A stretch of DNA of 64,000 nucleotides from Myxococcota bacterium. Lineage in GTDB: Bacteria > Myxococcota_A > Polyangia > HGW-17. How positions within the stretch are numbered: the stretch's first letter is position 1; every line of letters starts with the position of its first letter. Positions 1-18,415 of the stretch are shown piece after piece. The notes beneath the pieces are model-generated. The model did not search any database and was not told where the DNA came from. It saw only the letters and a program-made list of their open reading frames with translations. The translations under genes and the position numbers were made by a program. The stretch spans positions 19,695-83,694 of the forward strand of contig JAHITJ010000152.1 of NCBI GenBank assembly GCA_018817795.1. Reading direction: 5' to 3'.

Positions 1-379
1 CCAGAAGGACGAGTTTCTTCTCGCCCACCCGCAGGCTCAGCGCGGAAATCAGCGCGAGGCGGCGGACCTTCTTGTTCACGGAATGCGTATAGTCACGCGG
101 GTGGGGCGTGTGGGCCTTGCCGCCGCCGACATGGTTCGGAGCGCGGATGGAACCCTGACGAGCGCCGCCAGTGCCCTTCTGCTTGAAGGGTTTCCTGCCG
201 CCACCTGAAACGTAGCGACGGGTCTTCGTGGCATGAGTACCCGCACGGCGGGCAGCCAACTGGGCGCGAACCACCGTCCACATTACGTGCTGGTTCACTT
301 CATGGGAAAAAATGCTGTCCGGAAGCGACAGGGAGCTCACTTCCTGACCATTCTGATTGAAAACCGGTACCGTAGGCAT
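1..379 (-). CDS. rplD: 50S ribosomal protein L4 (N-terminal part; gene runs off left edge)
   Basis: Absent from the ORF track because there is no stop in the window. Minus-strand translation from ATG at 379-377 gives MPTVPVFNQNGQEV...THATKTRRYVSGGGRKPFKQKGTGGARQGSIRAPNHVGGGKAHTPHPRDY, the conserved L4 core. AAGGAG lies 8 nt upstream. Confidence 0.9.
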   Translation of the reverse strand, partial: MPTVPVFNQNGQEVSSLSLPDSIFSHEVNQHVMWTVVRAQLAARRAGTHATKTRRYVSGGGRKPFKQKGTGGARQGSIRAPNHVGGGKAHTPHPRDYTHSVNKKVRRLALISALSLRVGEKKLVLL

Positions 380-407
380 GATGAAATCTCCTTGAGCCAA
401 TCAAAAA

Positions 408-716
408 TCAGGTGCGAATCTCGACGTTGACACCCGGGGCAACATCCAGCTTCATCAGGGCATCCACGGTCTGCTGGGTGGGATCCAGAATGTCGATCAA
501 CCGCTTGTAGGTGCGGATTTCGAATTCTTCACGGGACTTCTTGTCGACGTGAGGGGAACGCAACACGCAGTAACGGTTGATTTTCGTCGGCAGGGGGACG
601 GGACCGGCGACGCGGGCGCCCGTGTTCTTGGCAGTGTTGACGATCTCGGTGGCCGACTGATCCAGCAACTTGTGATCGTACGCCTTCAATTTGATTCGAA
701 TTCTCGCGATCTGCAT
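408..716 (-). CDS. rpsJ: 30S ribosomal protein S10
   Basis: 102 aa: [21 protein letters not shown]...GPVPLPT...[24 protein letters not shown]. This is a full-length S10 signature. Confidence 0.97.
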   Translation of the reverse strand: MQIARIRIKLKAYDHKLLDQSATEIVNTAKNTGARVAGPVPLPTKINRYCVLRSPHVDKKSREEFEIRTYKRLIDILDPTQQTVDALMKLDVAPGVNVEIRT

Positions 717-753
717 AACTACTCCTTACAAGTCACCGTCGTCAACCGACGGA

Positions 754-2877
754 TCAAACTTTCTTCAACACTTCCTCAGTGGTCTTCGCGGTCGCCGGCG
801 CATAATGCGCAAACTGCATCGTGTACGTCGCGCGACCCTGAGAAAGGGACCGTAGCTGTGTAGCATAACCGAACATCGTTGCCAAGGGGATTTGTGATCG
901 AATTACTTGCACCCCTGGACGGTTCTCCATACCACCGATTTTCCCTCGCCGTGTATGGATATCTCCGAGCACATCACCCATGTAATCCTCGGGTGTGACC
1001 ACCTCTACGTCCATGATCGGCTCAAGCAAGATCGGATCTCCCTTGGCTGCTGCATCCTGAAATGCCATCGATCCGGCGATCTGGAAAGCCATGTCCGAGG
1101 AGTCCACTTCATGGTACGACCCGTCGAGGAGCGTGACGATCACGTCAACGACGGGATAGCCGGCAAGGATCCCGCGGGTGAGCGCTTCCTTGATGCCCTT
1201 GTCGACCGACGAGATGTATTCCTTCGGAATGACACCACCGACGGTCTTGTTCTCGAACACGTATCCCGAACCCTTTTCACCGGGCTCAAGGCGAATGACC
1301 GCATGGCCGAACTGGCCGCGGCCGCCGGTCTGGCGTACGAAGCGACCATCACCATTGGCGGCGTGGGAGATCGTCTCACGATAACTCACCTGCGGACGGC
1401 CGACCACCGCTTGTACGTTGAACTCGCGGGTCATGCGGTCGATGATGATCTCCAAATGAAGTTCACCCATGCCGGAGAGGATGGTCTGTCCGGTCTCGGT
1501 GTCAGTGTGAACGCGGAAGGTGGGATCTTCCATGGCAAGCTTGCCCAGGGCGATCCCCATCTTTTCAGTGTCGGCCTGGGTCTTTGGCTCCACGGCGACG
1601 GAGATCACCGTCTCAGGAATGTCAACGGACTCGAGCAAGATCGGGTTTTTGCCGTCGCACAGCGTATCACCGGTGGCGGCCAGGCGCAGGCCCACGACGG
1701 CGCCGATGTTGCCGGCCACGATCGCCGGGACCTCGTCGCGCTTGTTGGCATGGATGCGTAGCAGCCGCCCGATGCGCTCGCTCTTGTTGCGGGTCGAATT
1801 GAACACGGTCTCGCCGGTGCGAAGGATGCCCGAATACACGCGGACGAACGTGAGTTGTCCAACGTACGGATCGGTCATGATCTTGAAAGCCAGGGCCGAC
1901 AGGGGCTCCTCGTCAGTGGGCTCCCGCATCATCAACTCGCCATCGGGATCAGTGCCCTCGATTAGCCCGCGATCGGCAGGGCTGGGGAGGAGCTCCAGGA
2001 CAGCGTCAAGCAACAGTTGGACACCTTTGTTCTTGAAGGCGCTGCCACAGAGCACCGGCGTGATCTTCTGGCTCCACGTTGCCCGGCGCAGGGCGTCGCG
2101 GAGGAGTGCTTCGGGTACATCCTCAAGTTCGAGCGCAAGGGCAAGGAACTCCTCGTCCACATCGGAGAGCGTATCCACGATCTCCAGCCGACGACGCTCG
2201 ACGAGTTCCTTTAGATCAGAGGGGACTTCGACCACGTTGTAGGCTGCGCCCAGCGTGTCATTGTCCCAGATGTACGCCCGGCGAGTGATCACGTCAATCA
2301 CGCCGATGAAGTCGGACTCCGACCCGATGGGCACATGGAGCGGAACTGGATTGGCCCCCAGGCGGTTTCGCATCGTGGTCACCGCGTAGTCGAAGTTGGC
2401 TCCGGTGCGGTCCATTTTATTAATGAAGGCAATGCGGGGTACGCCATACTTGTCGGCCTGACGCCAGACCGTCTCGGACTGGGGCTGGACGCCGGCAACA
2501 GCGCAGAACACTACCACGCCGCCATCAAGCACGCGCAGGGAGCGTTCGACTTCCATCGTGAAGTCCACGTGGCCCGGCGTGTCGATGATGTTGATACGGT
2601 GTTCCTGCCAGTAGCAGGTGGTCGCCGCCGACGTGATGGTGATGCCTCGCTCTTGCTCCTGCTCCATCCAGTCCATGATGGCGGTACCTTCATGGACTTC
2701 GCCGAGGCGATGGGTCATGCCCGTGTAAAACAGGACGCGCTCAGTGACCGTGGTCTTGCCCGCGTCGATGTGTGCCATGATGCCGATGTTGCGCACCTTT
2801 TCGATTGCAACGTCGCGCAGGGCACTGGCAGCCTTGTTTCGCGCGGAAGATTTTTTACCGGTTACCTGCTCGCTCAT
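754..2877 (-). CDS. fusA: elongation factor G
   Basis: 707 aa with GTPase motifs [17 protein letters not shown] and NKMD, and full EF-G length. It lies after rpsG as in str operons. It has an N-terminal extension of roughly 18 aa relative to what I recall for E. coli, so the start is not certain. Confidence 0.96.
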   Translation of the reverse strand: MSEQVTGKKSSARNKAASALRDVAIEKVRNIGIMAHIDAGKTTVTERVLFYTGMTHRLGEVHEGTAIMDWMEQEQERGITITSAATTCYWQEHRINIIDTPGHVDFTMEVERSLRVLDGGVVVFCAVAGVQPQSETVWRQADKYGVPRIAFINKMDRTGANFDYAVTTMRNRLGANPVPLHVPIGSESDFIGVIDVITRRAYIWDNDTLGAAYNVVEVPSDLKELVERRRLEIVDTLSDVDEEFLALALELEDVPEALLRDALRRATWSQKITPVLCGSAFKNKGVQLLLDAVLELLPSPADRGLIEGTDPDGELMMREPTDEEPLSALAFKIMTDPYVGQLTFVRVYSGILRTGETVFNSTRNKSERIGRLLRIHANKRDEVPAIVAGNIGAVVGLRLAATGDTLCDGKNPILLESVDIPETVISVAVEPKTQADTEKMGIALGKLAMEDPTFRVHTDTETGQTILSGMGELHLEIIIDRMTREFNVQAVVGRPQVSYRETISHAANGDGRFVRQTGGRGQFGHAVIRLEPGEKGSGYVFENKTVGGVIPKEYISSVDKGIKEALTRGILAGYPVVDVIVTLLDGSYHEVDSSDMAFQIAGSMAFQDAAAKGDPILLEPIMDVEVVTPEDYMGDVLGDIHTRRGKIGGMENRPGVQVIRSQIPLATMFGYATQLRSLSQGRATYTMQFAHYAPATAKTTEEVLKKV

Positions 2878-3000
2878 TGATCACCTTGCGTAAACGCAAA
2901 ACTCCGTCCATACACGTCCGTCGGTTCGCTTTCGCGCCTTACGGTTTGTGGTTCCGAACCCCCCGGACCATGTATGTCCAGGAACGGAAAACCTGAAAAT

Positions 3001-3489
3001 CTACCAGCGATAATGGGCAAACGCCTTGTTGGCGTCAGCCATCTTGTGCGTATCTTCACGCTTCTTCACGGAGGTGCCCTTGTTCTCGGACGCTTCCATC
3101 AGTTCGCCGGCCAGACGCTCACGCATGGTGTGCTCGGAGCGCTTGCGGGAATAGCCGATCAGCCACCGCATCGCCAGTGCATTGGCGCGGCGCTGCGTGA
3201 CTTCCACGGGGACCTGGTAGGTCGAACCGCCCACGCGGCGGGATTTCACTTCCACCTTCGGGCGAACATTGGCCATGGCCTTCTCGAAGACCTTCAGGGG
3301 GTCTTCCTTGCGGCGCTCGGCGATAATCTCGAATGCACTGTACACGATCTGCTCGGAACTGCTCTTCTTGCCATCATACATGAGCTGGTTGATGAACTTG
3401 CTGATCAACTGGCGCATGTCCATCTGGGCGTCCGTGTATTTCGGATCGGGAATGACTTTGCGGATTTGGGCACGACCTTTACGGGACAT
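3001..3489 (-). CDS. rpsG: 30S ribosomal protein S7
   Basis: 162 aa: [18 protein letters not shown]...[19 protein letters not shown]. Typical S7. Confidence 0.97.
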   Translation of the reverse strand: MSRKGRAQIRKVIPDPKYTDAQMDMRQLISKFINQLMYDGKKSSSEQIVYSAFEIIAERRKEDPLKVFEKAMANVRPKVEVKSRRVGGSTYQVPVEVTQRRANALAMRWLIGYSRKRSEHTMRERLAGELMEASENKGTSVKKREDTHKMADANKAFAHYRW

Positions 3490-3501
3490 CGAAATACCTC
3501 G

Positions 3502-3876
3502 TTATTTCTTGGGACGCTTCGCGCCGTATTTGCTGCGACCCTGTCTGCGACCGTTGACGCCGGCCGTGTCGAGAGTTCCACGGATAATGTGATAGCGGAC
3601 GCCCGGAAGATCCTTCACGCGGCCGCCACGGATCAGGACCACGGAGTGTTCCTGCAGATTGTGGCTCTCACCCGGAATGTACGAAGTCACTTCCATGCCG
3701 TTGGTCAAACGGACGCGGGCGACTTTACGCAGCGCCGAGTTCGGCTTCTTGGGGGTCGTCGTGTACACACGGACGCACACACCCCGCTTCTGGGGGCAGG
3801 CCTTCAGCGCCGGGGCACCGCTCTTTTCAACTTTGTTCTCTCTTCTTTTACGAACTAACTGATTGATAGTCGGCAT
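3502..3876 (-). CDS. rpsL: 30S ribosomal protein S12
   Basis: 124 aa: [12 protein letters not shown]...[17 protein letters not shown]...[21 protein letters not shown]. Typical S12. Confidence 0.98.
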   Translation of the reverse strand: MPTINQLVRKRRENKVEKSGAPALKACPQKRGVCVRVYTTTPKKPNSALRKVARVRLTNGMEVTSYIPGESHNLQEHSVVLIRGGRVKDLPGVRYHIIRGTLDTAGVNGRRQGRSKYGAKRPKK

Positions 3877-3936
3877 CGCACACTTTCTCTTTCAAACTTA
3901 GGGAAAACCACACGGCCTTCCTCAAAAACGCGGTGT

Positions 3937-3964
3937 ATTATAGGGAACACATGCCCTGTGTCAA
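3937..3964 (-). promoter_or_regulatory. sigma70-type promoter for rpsL-rpsG-fusA-rpsJ-rplD
   Basis: The minus strand reads TTGACA (3964-3959), a 16-nt spacer, then TATAAT (3942-3937), about 60 nt upstream of the rpsL ATG. Both hexamers are perfect consensus. Confidence 0.65.
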
Positions 3965-4083
3965 GTTGTTAATGCCAAAAAAAAATCCTTGTTCTGCTGG
4001 GTTTTTGCCAAATCGCCGGATCTTTTTTTTCTGCGTGATCAGATCTCCAACCCCACAGATCCGTCGGAATATCCGACCCAATA

Positions 4084-8286
<4,203 letters not shown>

Positions 8287-8362
8287 CGGGTATGACCTCG
8301 ACAGGAAAAGAGAAACTCAAAAGGAACACCGGACGTCCGCGTCCGGCCACCATCCGCCACGG

Positions 8363-12565
<4,203 letters not shown>

Positions 12566-12580
12566 TCATTTCTCCTGGAA

Positions 12581-12622
12581 GAGAAAAAAGGTACCCGGCG
12601 GAAGGACAATCCTTGCCGCCGG
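12581..12622 (-). terminator. hairpin plus T-tract attenuator/partial terminator between rplL and rpoB
   Basis: The minus strand has CCGGCGGCAAGGA-TTG-TCCTTCCGCCGG, a ~12-bp stem with one bulge (12595-12622), followed by TACCTTTTTTCTC. A partial terminator at this position is established for E. coli rplL-rpoB. Confidence 0.55.
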
Positions 12623-12684
12623 ATACCTTATCCAACTCTGACCAGCAATTTTTACCACTCCTGTAAGATTGTACAGGAGAATGG

Positions 12685-13071
12685 TTATTTCACTTTCACT
12701 TTGGCGCCAGCCTCTTCAAGCTTCTTCTGGATGGAGGTGGCTTCTTCCTTGGAAACGCCCGTCTTCACAACCTGATTATTCTCGGCCATCTCTTTGGCTT
12801 CCTTCAGGCCCAGGCTGGTGATCTCGCGGATCGCCTTGATCACTTCGATCTTCTTGGCGCCGACGTCCTCGATCACCACGTCGAACTCGGTCTGTTCCTC
12901 AACGGCGGCGGCGGCAGGAGCAGCAGCACCGGCGGCAGGAGCAGCACCCGCCACGACGGCAGGAGCGGCTTCAACACCCCAGAGTTCTTCCAGTTCCTTG
13001 ACCATCGTGGCCATTTCCATCACGGTCATTTTGCTCAGAAATTCAACAACTTGTTCTTTGGATACTGACAT
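12685..13071 (-). CDS. rplL: 50S ribosomal protein L7/L12
   Basis: [17 protein letters not shown]..., an Ala/Pro-rich hinge, then C-terminal [26 protein letters not shown] prefer the start at 13071 because a GGAGG lies inside the longer ORF-track version (13086). Confidence 0.96.
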   Translation of the reverse strand: MSVSKEQVVEFLSKMTVMEMATMVKELEELWGVEAAPAVVAGAAPAAGAAAPAAAAVEEQTEFDVVIEDVGAKKIEVIKAIREITSLGLKEAKEMAENNQVVKTGVSKEEATSIQKKLEEAGAKVKVK

Positions 13072-13133
13072 GATTTTTCCTCCCATCAGGACTCGAAACG
13101 AGATTTTGAGTTAAAAAACCTCTATTGAAAAAG

Positions 13134-13670
13134 TTATCCTTCATTATTATTAGCGGATTCCAAGGAACGCTTCCTGGCATCCAGAACCATCAGCATGCGG
13201 GACGGAGCCGCCTGGAGCAGCCGCAGCATCTTCTGCGGGGCCGCGATGAACGTCGCAAGCAACATCGCGCGCAGCTCCTGCTTGGAAGGCATGCTCGACA
13301 GTTGCGTCACTCCGCTCTTATCGAGCAACTGACCATCGATGTAACCGGAATGAACCTTGAACTTGTCGTATTCCTTGGCAATCTTCAATGCGATCCGTGC
13401 AGGAGCGGCGGGATCTTCACGCGAAAAAAGGATCGCCAGCGGACCCGCAAGCGTTGGCTTGATCACCTGTGCGGCGGTACCCTGGGAGGCATGCTCTAGC
13501 AGGGTGTTCTTGATGACCTTGTACTCACAGTTGGCGGCGCGGAATTCACGACGAATCTTGTTGATCTCTTCGACCTTCAGACCGGCGAACTCGACGAATA
13601 CCATGGACTGTGCGTCTTTGAGGACGTTTTCATAGTAACGGACGTGTTCAGTTTTTTGGACACGATTCAT
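13134..13670 (-). CDS. rplJ: 50S ribosomal protein L10
   Basis: 178 aa at the canonical position between rplA and rplL. The N-terminal region ...MVFVEFAGLKVEEINKIRREFR... is typical of L10. Confidence 0.93.
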   Translation of the reverse strand: MNRVQKTEHVRYYENVLKDAQSMVFVEFAGLKVEEINKIRREFRAANCEYKVIKNTLLEHASQGTAAQVIKPTLAGPLAILFSREDPAAPARIALKIAKEYDKFKVHSGYIDGQLLDKSGVTQLSSMPSKQELRAMLLATFIAAPQKMLRLLQAAPSRMLMVLDARKRSLESANNNEG

Positions 13671-13683
13671 ATCACACCCCCTA

Positions 13684-14394
13684 TTAGGCCGTCAGCAGGG
13701 CGAGCATCTGATGCACGTCCAGTTTGATGCCAGGACCCATGGTCGCTCCCAGGGTCACGCTCTTGATGTACGTTCCCTTGGCGGAAGCAGGCTTCAATTT
13801 GAGAAGCATCTCGATCACCGCGACCATGTTTTCTTTGATCTTTTGGGGACCGAAGGAGACCTTGCCGATGCCGAGGTGAACGATGCCGGCTTTTTCCACG
13901 CGAAATTCCACGCGGCCGCCCTTGAGTTCCTTGACGGTCTTCTCGACGTCATATGTGACGGTTCCGACCTTCGGGTTGGGCATCAGTCCACGCGTTCCGA
14001 GAATACGGCCAATGCGGCCGACCAGAGGCATAACGTCGGGCGTGGCGATGGTCTTGTCGAAGTCCAGCCAGTTTTCCTTCTGGATCTTCTCGACGAGATC
14101 CTCGGCTCCCGCGTAATCGGCGCCTGCGGCCAGGGCTTCCTGAACCTTGTCGCCTTTGGTGAATACGAGGACTCGGACGGTCTTGCCGGTTCCGTGCGGC
14201 AGAACCACCGCGCCACGGACCATCTGATCCGCATGACGCGGATTGACGCCCAGGCGGACGGCCAGTTCCACCGTACCATCGAACTTGGTAAGGCTGAGTT
14301 TTTCGACGAGGTTTGCAGCCTCATCCACAGTGTAGCGTTTGGTGCGGTCGTAAACTTTGAGTGAGCTTAGATACTTTTTCCCTTGATTCGCCAT
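13684..14394 (-). CDS. rplA: 50S ribosomal protein L1
   Basis: 236 aa: ...[41 protein letters not shown]... L1 signature. Confidence 0.97.
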   Translation of the reverse strand: MANQGKKYLSSLKVYDRTKRYTVDEAANLVEKLSLTKFDGTVELAVRLGVNPRHADQMVRGAVVLPHGTGKTVRVLVFTKGDKVQEALAAGADYAGAEDLVEKIQKENWLDFDKTIATPDVMPLVGRIGRILGTRGLMPNPKVGTVTYDVEKTVKELKGGRVEFRVEKAGIVHLGIGKVSFGPQKIKENMVAVIEMLLKLKPASAKGTYIKSVTLGATMGPGIKLDVHQMLALLTA

Positions 14395-14476
14395 AAATCC
14401 TCCTTTTCGGCCACAATCAGCCTCCCACCTGGCGCCCGGGGCGCCTCAACTCACAGGTGGTATGTGAGAAAAATGA

Positions 14477-14899
14477 TCAGTCGACTACGTCGATTCCCAT
14501 GGACTTGGCGGTGCCCGCGACGGTGCGCATGGCAGCCTCAAGATCCGTGGTGTTCAGATCGGGCAGCTTCAGGGCGGCGATGTCACGGATCTGATTCCAG
14601 GTGACTTTGCCGATCTTCTTTTTATTGGGCTCTCCGGAGCCGCTCTTGACTCCGACGGCCTTGAGCAGGAGAATCGAGGCCGGGGGCGTCTTCATGATAA
14701 ATGTGAAGGAGCGATCCGAGAAAACGGAGATCACCACGGGGATGATCATCCCCTCTTCCTTCTGCGTTTTGGCGTTGAACTGCTTACAGAATTCCATAAT
14801 GTTCACGCCATGTTGACCAAGGGCCGGTCCCACGGGGGGAGCGGGTGTCGCTTTTCCGGCCGGTAACTGCAATTTGATTTGACCCGTCAGTTTCTTCAT
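14477..14899 (-). CDS. rplK: 50S ribosomal protein L11
   Basis: 140 aa: ...[35 protein letters not shown]... L11 signature. Confidence 0.97.
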   Translation of the reverse strand: MKKLTGQIKLQLPAGKATPAPPVGPALGQHGVNIMEFCKQFNAKTQKEEGMIIPVVISVFSDRSFTFIMKTPPASILLLKAVGVKSGSGEPNKKKIGKVTWNQIRDIAALKLPDLNTTDLEAAMRTVAGTAKSMGIDVVD

Positions 14900-14987
14900 G
14901 GGATCACCAATTTCACCAAATCGTAACCTGTTAAAATGATTGAGAAAATCTCAAATCCGCACAAGCGCCCTCAACGCGCCGGTGGGG

Positions 14988-15016
14988 TTTGTACAACAAA
15001 ACGATCAAAAATTCAA
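14988..15016 (-). promoter_or_regulatory. candidate promoter for rplK-rplA
   Basis: The minus strand reads TTGAAT (15016-15011), a 17-nt spacer, then TACAAA (14993-14988), in the 172-nt nusG-rplK spacer. An internal L11 promoter is known in E. coli. This call rests on sequence match only. Confidence 0.4.
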
Positions 15017-15035
15017 GCTGATAATGCAGGAACCG

Positions 15036-15089
15036 GCAGTTCTTCCGGATCTGGCAGTTCTTCCAGATCTTTCAGTTCTTCTCGACCTG
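15036..15089 (-). repeat. three tandem 18-bp units spanning the nusG stop codon
   Basis: Minus-strand units are CAGGTCGAGAAGAACTGA (codes QVEKN-stop), AAGATCTGGAAGAACTGC and CAGATCCGGAAGAACTGC. Confidence 0.85.
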
Positions 15090-15599
15090 TGTGAAGTCGA
15101 GCTCCACCGGCGTGGCACGACCAAAAATCGTTACCAGGACTTTGAGTTTCTGCTTTTCCGGCTTCACTTCCTCGATGATGCCCTGGAAGTTATTGAAGGG
15201 GCCATCGGTCACCCGGACGCGTTCGCCATCGGAGAACTGGATCTTCGGCTTGGGCTTGGTGGTCCCTTCGTGGACCTGGGCCCGTACGGCATCGATTTCG
15301 CGATCCGGAAGAGGCGTCGGATTGGATCCGCCCAGGAATCCGGTGACCTTCGGCGTGTCTTTGACCAAATGCCATGAATCCTCGCACATTTCCATCTGCA
15401 CGAAGATGTAGCCATTGAAGAATTTCCGGGTGGAGGTACGCTTTTCCCCGTTCTTCATGTCGATGACACGTTCGATGGGGATCAGGATCTCACCGAACAG
15501 ATGGGCCTTCTTCACGGCGTTGTACCGTTCTTCCAGTGACGCCTTCACGGCCTCTTCAGCCTGGGCGTAAGTATGAACTACGTACCATTTCATCGCCAT
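15072..15599 (-). CDS. nusG: transcription termination/antitermination factor NusG
   Basis: 175 aa: [19 protein letters not shown]... (NGN domain) plus the KOW motif [24 protein letters not shown]. It follows secE. Confidence 0.96.
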   Translation of the reverse strand: MAMKWYVVHTYAQAEEAVKASLEERYNAVKKAHLFGEILIPIERVIDMKNGEKRTSTRKFFNGYIFVQMEMCEDSWHLVKDTPKVTGFLGGSNPTPLPDREIDAVRAQVHEGTTKPKPKIQFSDGERVRVTDGPFNNFQGIIEEVKPEKQKLKVLVTIFGRATPVELDFTQVEKN

Positions 15600-15612
15600 G
15601 ACAAGCCTCTTC

Positions 15613-15972
15613 CTACGTGAGCAGGATGTAATCCGTCACGAGTGCCCAGAACCAGTCGAACATACCCATCAAGATGGCCGCGATGATCACTGTAATGACC
15701 ACGACCATGGTGGCGCTGGAGGTTTCCGTCTTGGTCGGCCAGGTCACACGCTTCAATTCATGAATGATGGCCCCGACCCAGTCGAAGGTTTCCTGCTTGA
15801 GCCAGTAGAAACCAACCACGATGATGCCGATACCGATTCCCATCAGTTCCGGCCATAATTTGTCTGGCCTGGCAAACATGGACCACACCAGGTCGATCGA
15901 CTTGATCGATACCCAGGAGGTAACCAGTACCAGAACCAGGAAAACAAGATGAATATATTTTCTGTCGCCCAT
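15613..15972 (-). CDS. secE: preprotein translocase subunit SecE
   Basis: 119 aa with three hydrophobic segments and the conserved [12 protein letters not shown] before the last TM. It lies between tRNA-Trp and nusG. Confidence 0.9.
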   Translation of the reverse strand: MGDRKYIHLVFLVLVLVTSWVSIKSIDLVWSMFARPDKLWPELMGIGIGIIVVGFYWLKQETFDWVGAIIHELKRVTWPTKTETSSATMVVVITVIIAAILMGMFDWFWALVTDYILLT

Positions 15973-16004
15973 ATTAGAACCTCACAGGTCTGGACACAAA
16001 AAAG

Positions 16005-16080
<76 letters not shown>

Positions 16081-16112
16081 ACACAGAACCGTCTTCCGTG
16101 TACGCGCCGACT

Positions 16113-16148
16113 AACAACGAAACGGCGGGTGAGAAGCTCTCACCCGCC
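16113..16148 (-). terminator. rho-independent-type terminator after rpmG
   Basis: The minus strand has a 10-bp stem GGCGGGTGAG/CTCACCCGCC (16124-16148, 5-nt loop) followed by GTTTCGTTGTT. Confidence 0.55.
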
Positions 16149-16182
16149 GCCCGTAAACTCACTCACATTCCGGATCCAAGAG

Positions 16183-16341
16183 CTACTTGCTCTCGCGATG
16201 CGTCGTGTGCTTCCGATCAAAGGGACAATACTTTTTGAACTCCAGCTTGTCGGGCGTGGTCCGCTTGTTCTTTGTAGTCGTGTAATTGCGGTTTTTGCAC
16301 TCCGTGCATTCCAGATTGATCATTGTGCGGTTGCCCATCAT
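16183..16341 (-). CDS. rpmG: 50S ribosomal protein L33
   Basis: Too short for the ORF track. Hand translation gives [52 protein letters not shown] (52 aa), with the L33 CxxC...C pattern, at the canonical tuf-rpmG-tRNA-Trp-secE position. Confidence 0.92.
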   Translation of the reverse strand: MMGNRTMINLECTECKNRNYTTTKNKRTTPDKLEFKKYCPFDRKHTTHRESK

Positions 16342-16350
16342 ATCACCTGC

Positions 16351-17547
16351 TTATTCAACGATTTCCGTGACGACGCCCGAACCAACCGTGCGGCCGCCTT
16401 CGCGGATGGCGAAACGAAGGCCCTTCGCAGCGGCGATGGGCACATGCAGTTCCACGATCATCTGGGTGTTGTCGCCCGGCATGCACATTTCGACGCCTTC
16501 CATCAACTGCACGGTGCCCGTGACGTCGGTGGTGCGGAAATAGAACTGGGGACGATAGTTGTTCTTGAACGGCGTGTGACGGCCGCCTTCTTCCTTTTTC
16601 AGGACGTACACTTCCGCCTTGAATTTCTTGTGCGGAGTGATGCTGCCCGGCTTGGCCACGACCTGGCCACGCTCAACCTCTTCACGCTTGACGCCGCGCA
16701 GAAGCAGACCGGCGTTGTCACCCGCCATGCCTTCGTCGAGGATCTTGCGGAACATCTCGACGCCCGTGACGACCGTCTTGACCGTGTCGCGGATACCGAC
16801 GAGTTCGACGGCGTCGTTGGTGTGAACGATGCCGCTCTCGATGCGGCCGGTGACGACCGTGCCACGACCGGTGATGGTGAACACGTCTTCAATCGGCATC
16901 AGGAACGCACGATCCACAGCGCGCTCGGGCTCGGGAACATACTTGTCGCAAGCGTCCATGAGTTCCTGAATGCACTGGGTGGCCGGACCCGTTCCGTCAC
17001 ATTCCAGCGCCTTCAGGGCGGAACCGCGGACGATCGGCAGATCGTCGCCGGGGAAGCTGTACTTGGACAGCAGTTCGCGCACTTCCATCTCGACGAGGTC
17101 GATCAGTTCGGCGTCTTCCTCGGCCATGATGTCTACCTTGTTCAGGAAGACCACAACGTAAGGCACGTTGACCTGGCGGGCCAGGAGAACATGCTCGCGG
17201 GTCTGCGGCATCGGGCCATCCGGAGCGGAAACGACGAGAATGGCTCCGTCCATCTGCGCGGCGCCGGTGATCATGTTCTTGATGTAGTCAGCGTGACCCG
17301 GGCAGTCCACGTGAGCATAGTGACGCTTCTCGGTCTGGTATTCGACATGGGCGGTGTTGATCGTGATACCGCGTTCCCGTTCCTCGGGCGCCTTGTCGAT
17401 TTCATCAAACGGGATGAACTTCGCGCCACCCTTGGTAGCCAGGTATTTTGTGATGGCGGCGGTCAGCGTGGTCTTGCCATGATCGATGTGACCGATGGTG
17501 CCGATGTTCACATGCGGTTTGTCACGAACGAATTTTTGTTTTGCCAT
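16351..17547 (-). CDS. tuf: elongation factor Tu
   Basis: [28 protein letters not shown]..., [12 protein letters not shown]. The ORF-track version (to 17574) adds 9 non-conserved residues, so the start is taken at MAKQKF. Confidence 0.98.
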   Translation of the reverse strand: MAKQKFVRDKPHVNIGTIGHIDHGKTTLTAAITKYLATKGGAKFIPFDEIDKAPEERERGITINTAHVEYQTEKRHYAHVDCPGHADYIKNMITGAAQMDGAILVVSAPDGPMPQTREHVLLARQVNVPYVVVFLNKVDIMAEEDAELIDLVEMEVRELLSKYSFPGDDLPIVRGSALKALECDGTGPATQCIQELMDACDKYVPEPERAVDRAFLMPIEDVFTITGRGTVVTGRIESGIVHTNDAVELVGIRDTVKTVVTGVEMFRKILDEGMAGDNAGLLLRGVKREEVERGQVVAKPGSITPHKKFKAEVYVLKKEEGGRHTPFKNNYRPQFYFRTTDVTGTVQLMEGVEMCMPGDNTQMIVELHVPIAAAKGLRFAIREGGRTVGSGVVTEIVE

Positions 17548-17602
17548 AATCAAACTCCTCCAAAAAAGGCCCAAAGGCCGGGTTCTTAAAAAGGACCATC
17601 TG

Positions 17603-17675
17603 AGCCCACAATCGGATTCGAACCGATGGCCTCCTCCTTACCAAGGAGGTGCTCTGCCGACTGAGCTATGTGGGC
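17603..17675 (-). tRNA. tRNA-Thr (anticodon GGT)
   Basis: Minus strand: GCCCACATAGCTCAGTCGGCAGAGCACCTCCTTGGTAAGGAGGAGGCCATCGGTTCGAATCCGATTGTGGGCT. Anticodon loop is TTGGTAA. Confidence 0.93.
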
Positions 17676-17692
17676 ATGGTCGGCGAGGACGG

Positions 17693-17765
17693 AGCGGGAA
17701 ACGGGAATCGAACCCGCGACCCTCAGCTTGGAAGGCTGATGCTCTGCCAACTGAGCTATTCCCGC
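17693..17765 (-). tRNA. tRNA-Gly (anticodon TCC)
   Basis: Minus strand: GCGGGAATAGCTCAGTTGGCAGAGCATCAGCCTTCCAAGCTGAGGGTCGCGGGTTCGATTCCCGTTTCCCGCT. Anticodon loop is CTTCCAA. Confidence 0.93.
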
Positions 17766-17806
17766 AATCGACCACCTTCCATGACCGCGGAGTCACGGAA
17801 AGTTTG

Positions 17807-17889
17807 TGGTGGGGGGTGGATTCGAACCACCGAAGCCATTCGGCGGCAGATTTACAGTCTGCTCCCTTTGACCGCTCGGGAACCCCACC
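17807..17889 (-). tRNA. tRNA-Tyr (anticodon GTA), long variable arm
   Basis: Minus strand: GGTGGGGTTCCCGAGCGGTCAAAGGGAGCAGACTGTAAATCTGCCGCCGAATGGCTTCGGTGGTTCGAATCCACCCCCCACCA. Anticodon loop is CTGTAAA. Confidence 0.93.
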
Positions 17890-17969
17890 AAACTGGGTGG
17901 AATGGAACATCACTTCCATTCCGCGGCAACCGCTGCCCTCAAACCAAAACCGTCTGAGGTTGCGGTCAG

Positions 17970-18042
17970 AGCTGGCGATGGGACTTGAACCCGCAACCTG
18001 CTGATTACAAATCAGCTGCTCTGCCGGTTGAGCTACGCCAGC
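17970..18042 (-). tRNA. tRNA-Thr (anticodon TGT)
   Basis: Minus strand: GCTGGCGTAGCTCAACCGGCAGAGCAGCTGATTTGTAATCAGCAGGTTGCGGGTTCAAGTCCCATCGCCAGCT. Anticodon loop is TTTGTAA. It is the first gene of the classical thrU-tyrU-glyT-thrT-tufB-type arrangement. Confidence 0.93.
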
Positions 18043-18078
18043 GAGGGACCGCGTCCACACGAAAGCGTGCGACTCAGC

Positions 18079-18107
18079 TTTATAAGTAAGCACCTCCCGC
18101 TTGTCAA
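18079..18107 (-). promoter_or_regulatory. sigma70-type promoter of the tRNA-tuf operon
   Basis: The minus strand reads TTGACA (18107-18102), a 17-nt spacer, then TATAAA (18084-18079), about 35 nt upstream of tRNA-Thr(TGT). Confidence 0.65.
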
Positions 18108-18415
18108 GATAATTCGTGGGTACCCCTTGAAATCGGGGTGTTTAATGAGTCGGACACCGATAGTCATCTAAGTTATTGAAAATATTACACAAATAGTCCA
18201 TTTTTAACGGGTTTTGTGCCTCCCTTGCGTTCCATCCGGCACCCTCGATCCAAGAAAAAGCACAGAAAATGGTGATCTCGCCTTCTCCCGACCTCCAGAG
18301 TCGGGAACTTCTTCATGCAGTTCCATGCTTTGTCTTGCACAATCAATAGAAAAGGAATACCATTTGGCCACCGGAAAATTGACCAGCCCGATTCCGGTTA
18401 TCCTGGAGGAAAGTC

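Noticed and set aside
17548-17574. Nine-codon N-terminal extension of tuf (MGLFWRSLI) in the ORF track. Similar upstream extensions appear on proS, ilvE, the alanine symporter, both Cys-rich genes and the TPR lipoprotein gene.
   Set aside because: Conserved N-termini, signal peptides and Shine-Dalgarno sequences sit at the internal start codons. The extensions are just open frame upstream.
17495-18093. ORFs of 102-169 aa on both strands across 17.5-18.1 kb.
   Set aside because: They run through four hand-folded tRNA genes and their spacers, so they are not coding.
18043-18415. Possible genomic-island boundary next to the tRNA cluster, where core genes end and accessory genes begin. The same question arose at tRNA-Leu 62359.
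   Set aside because: No integrase or recombinase, no obvious duplicated tRNA 3' end, and no compositional shift in the adjacent genes. The 363-nt gap is explained by two divergent promoters.
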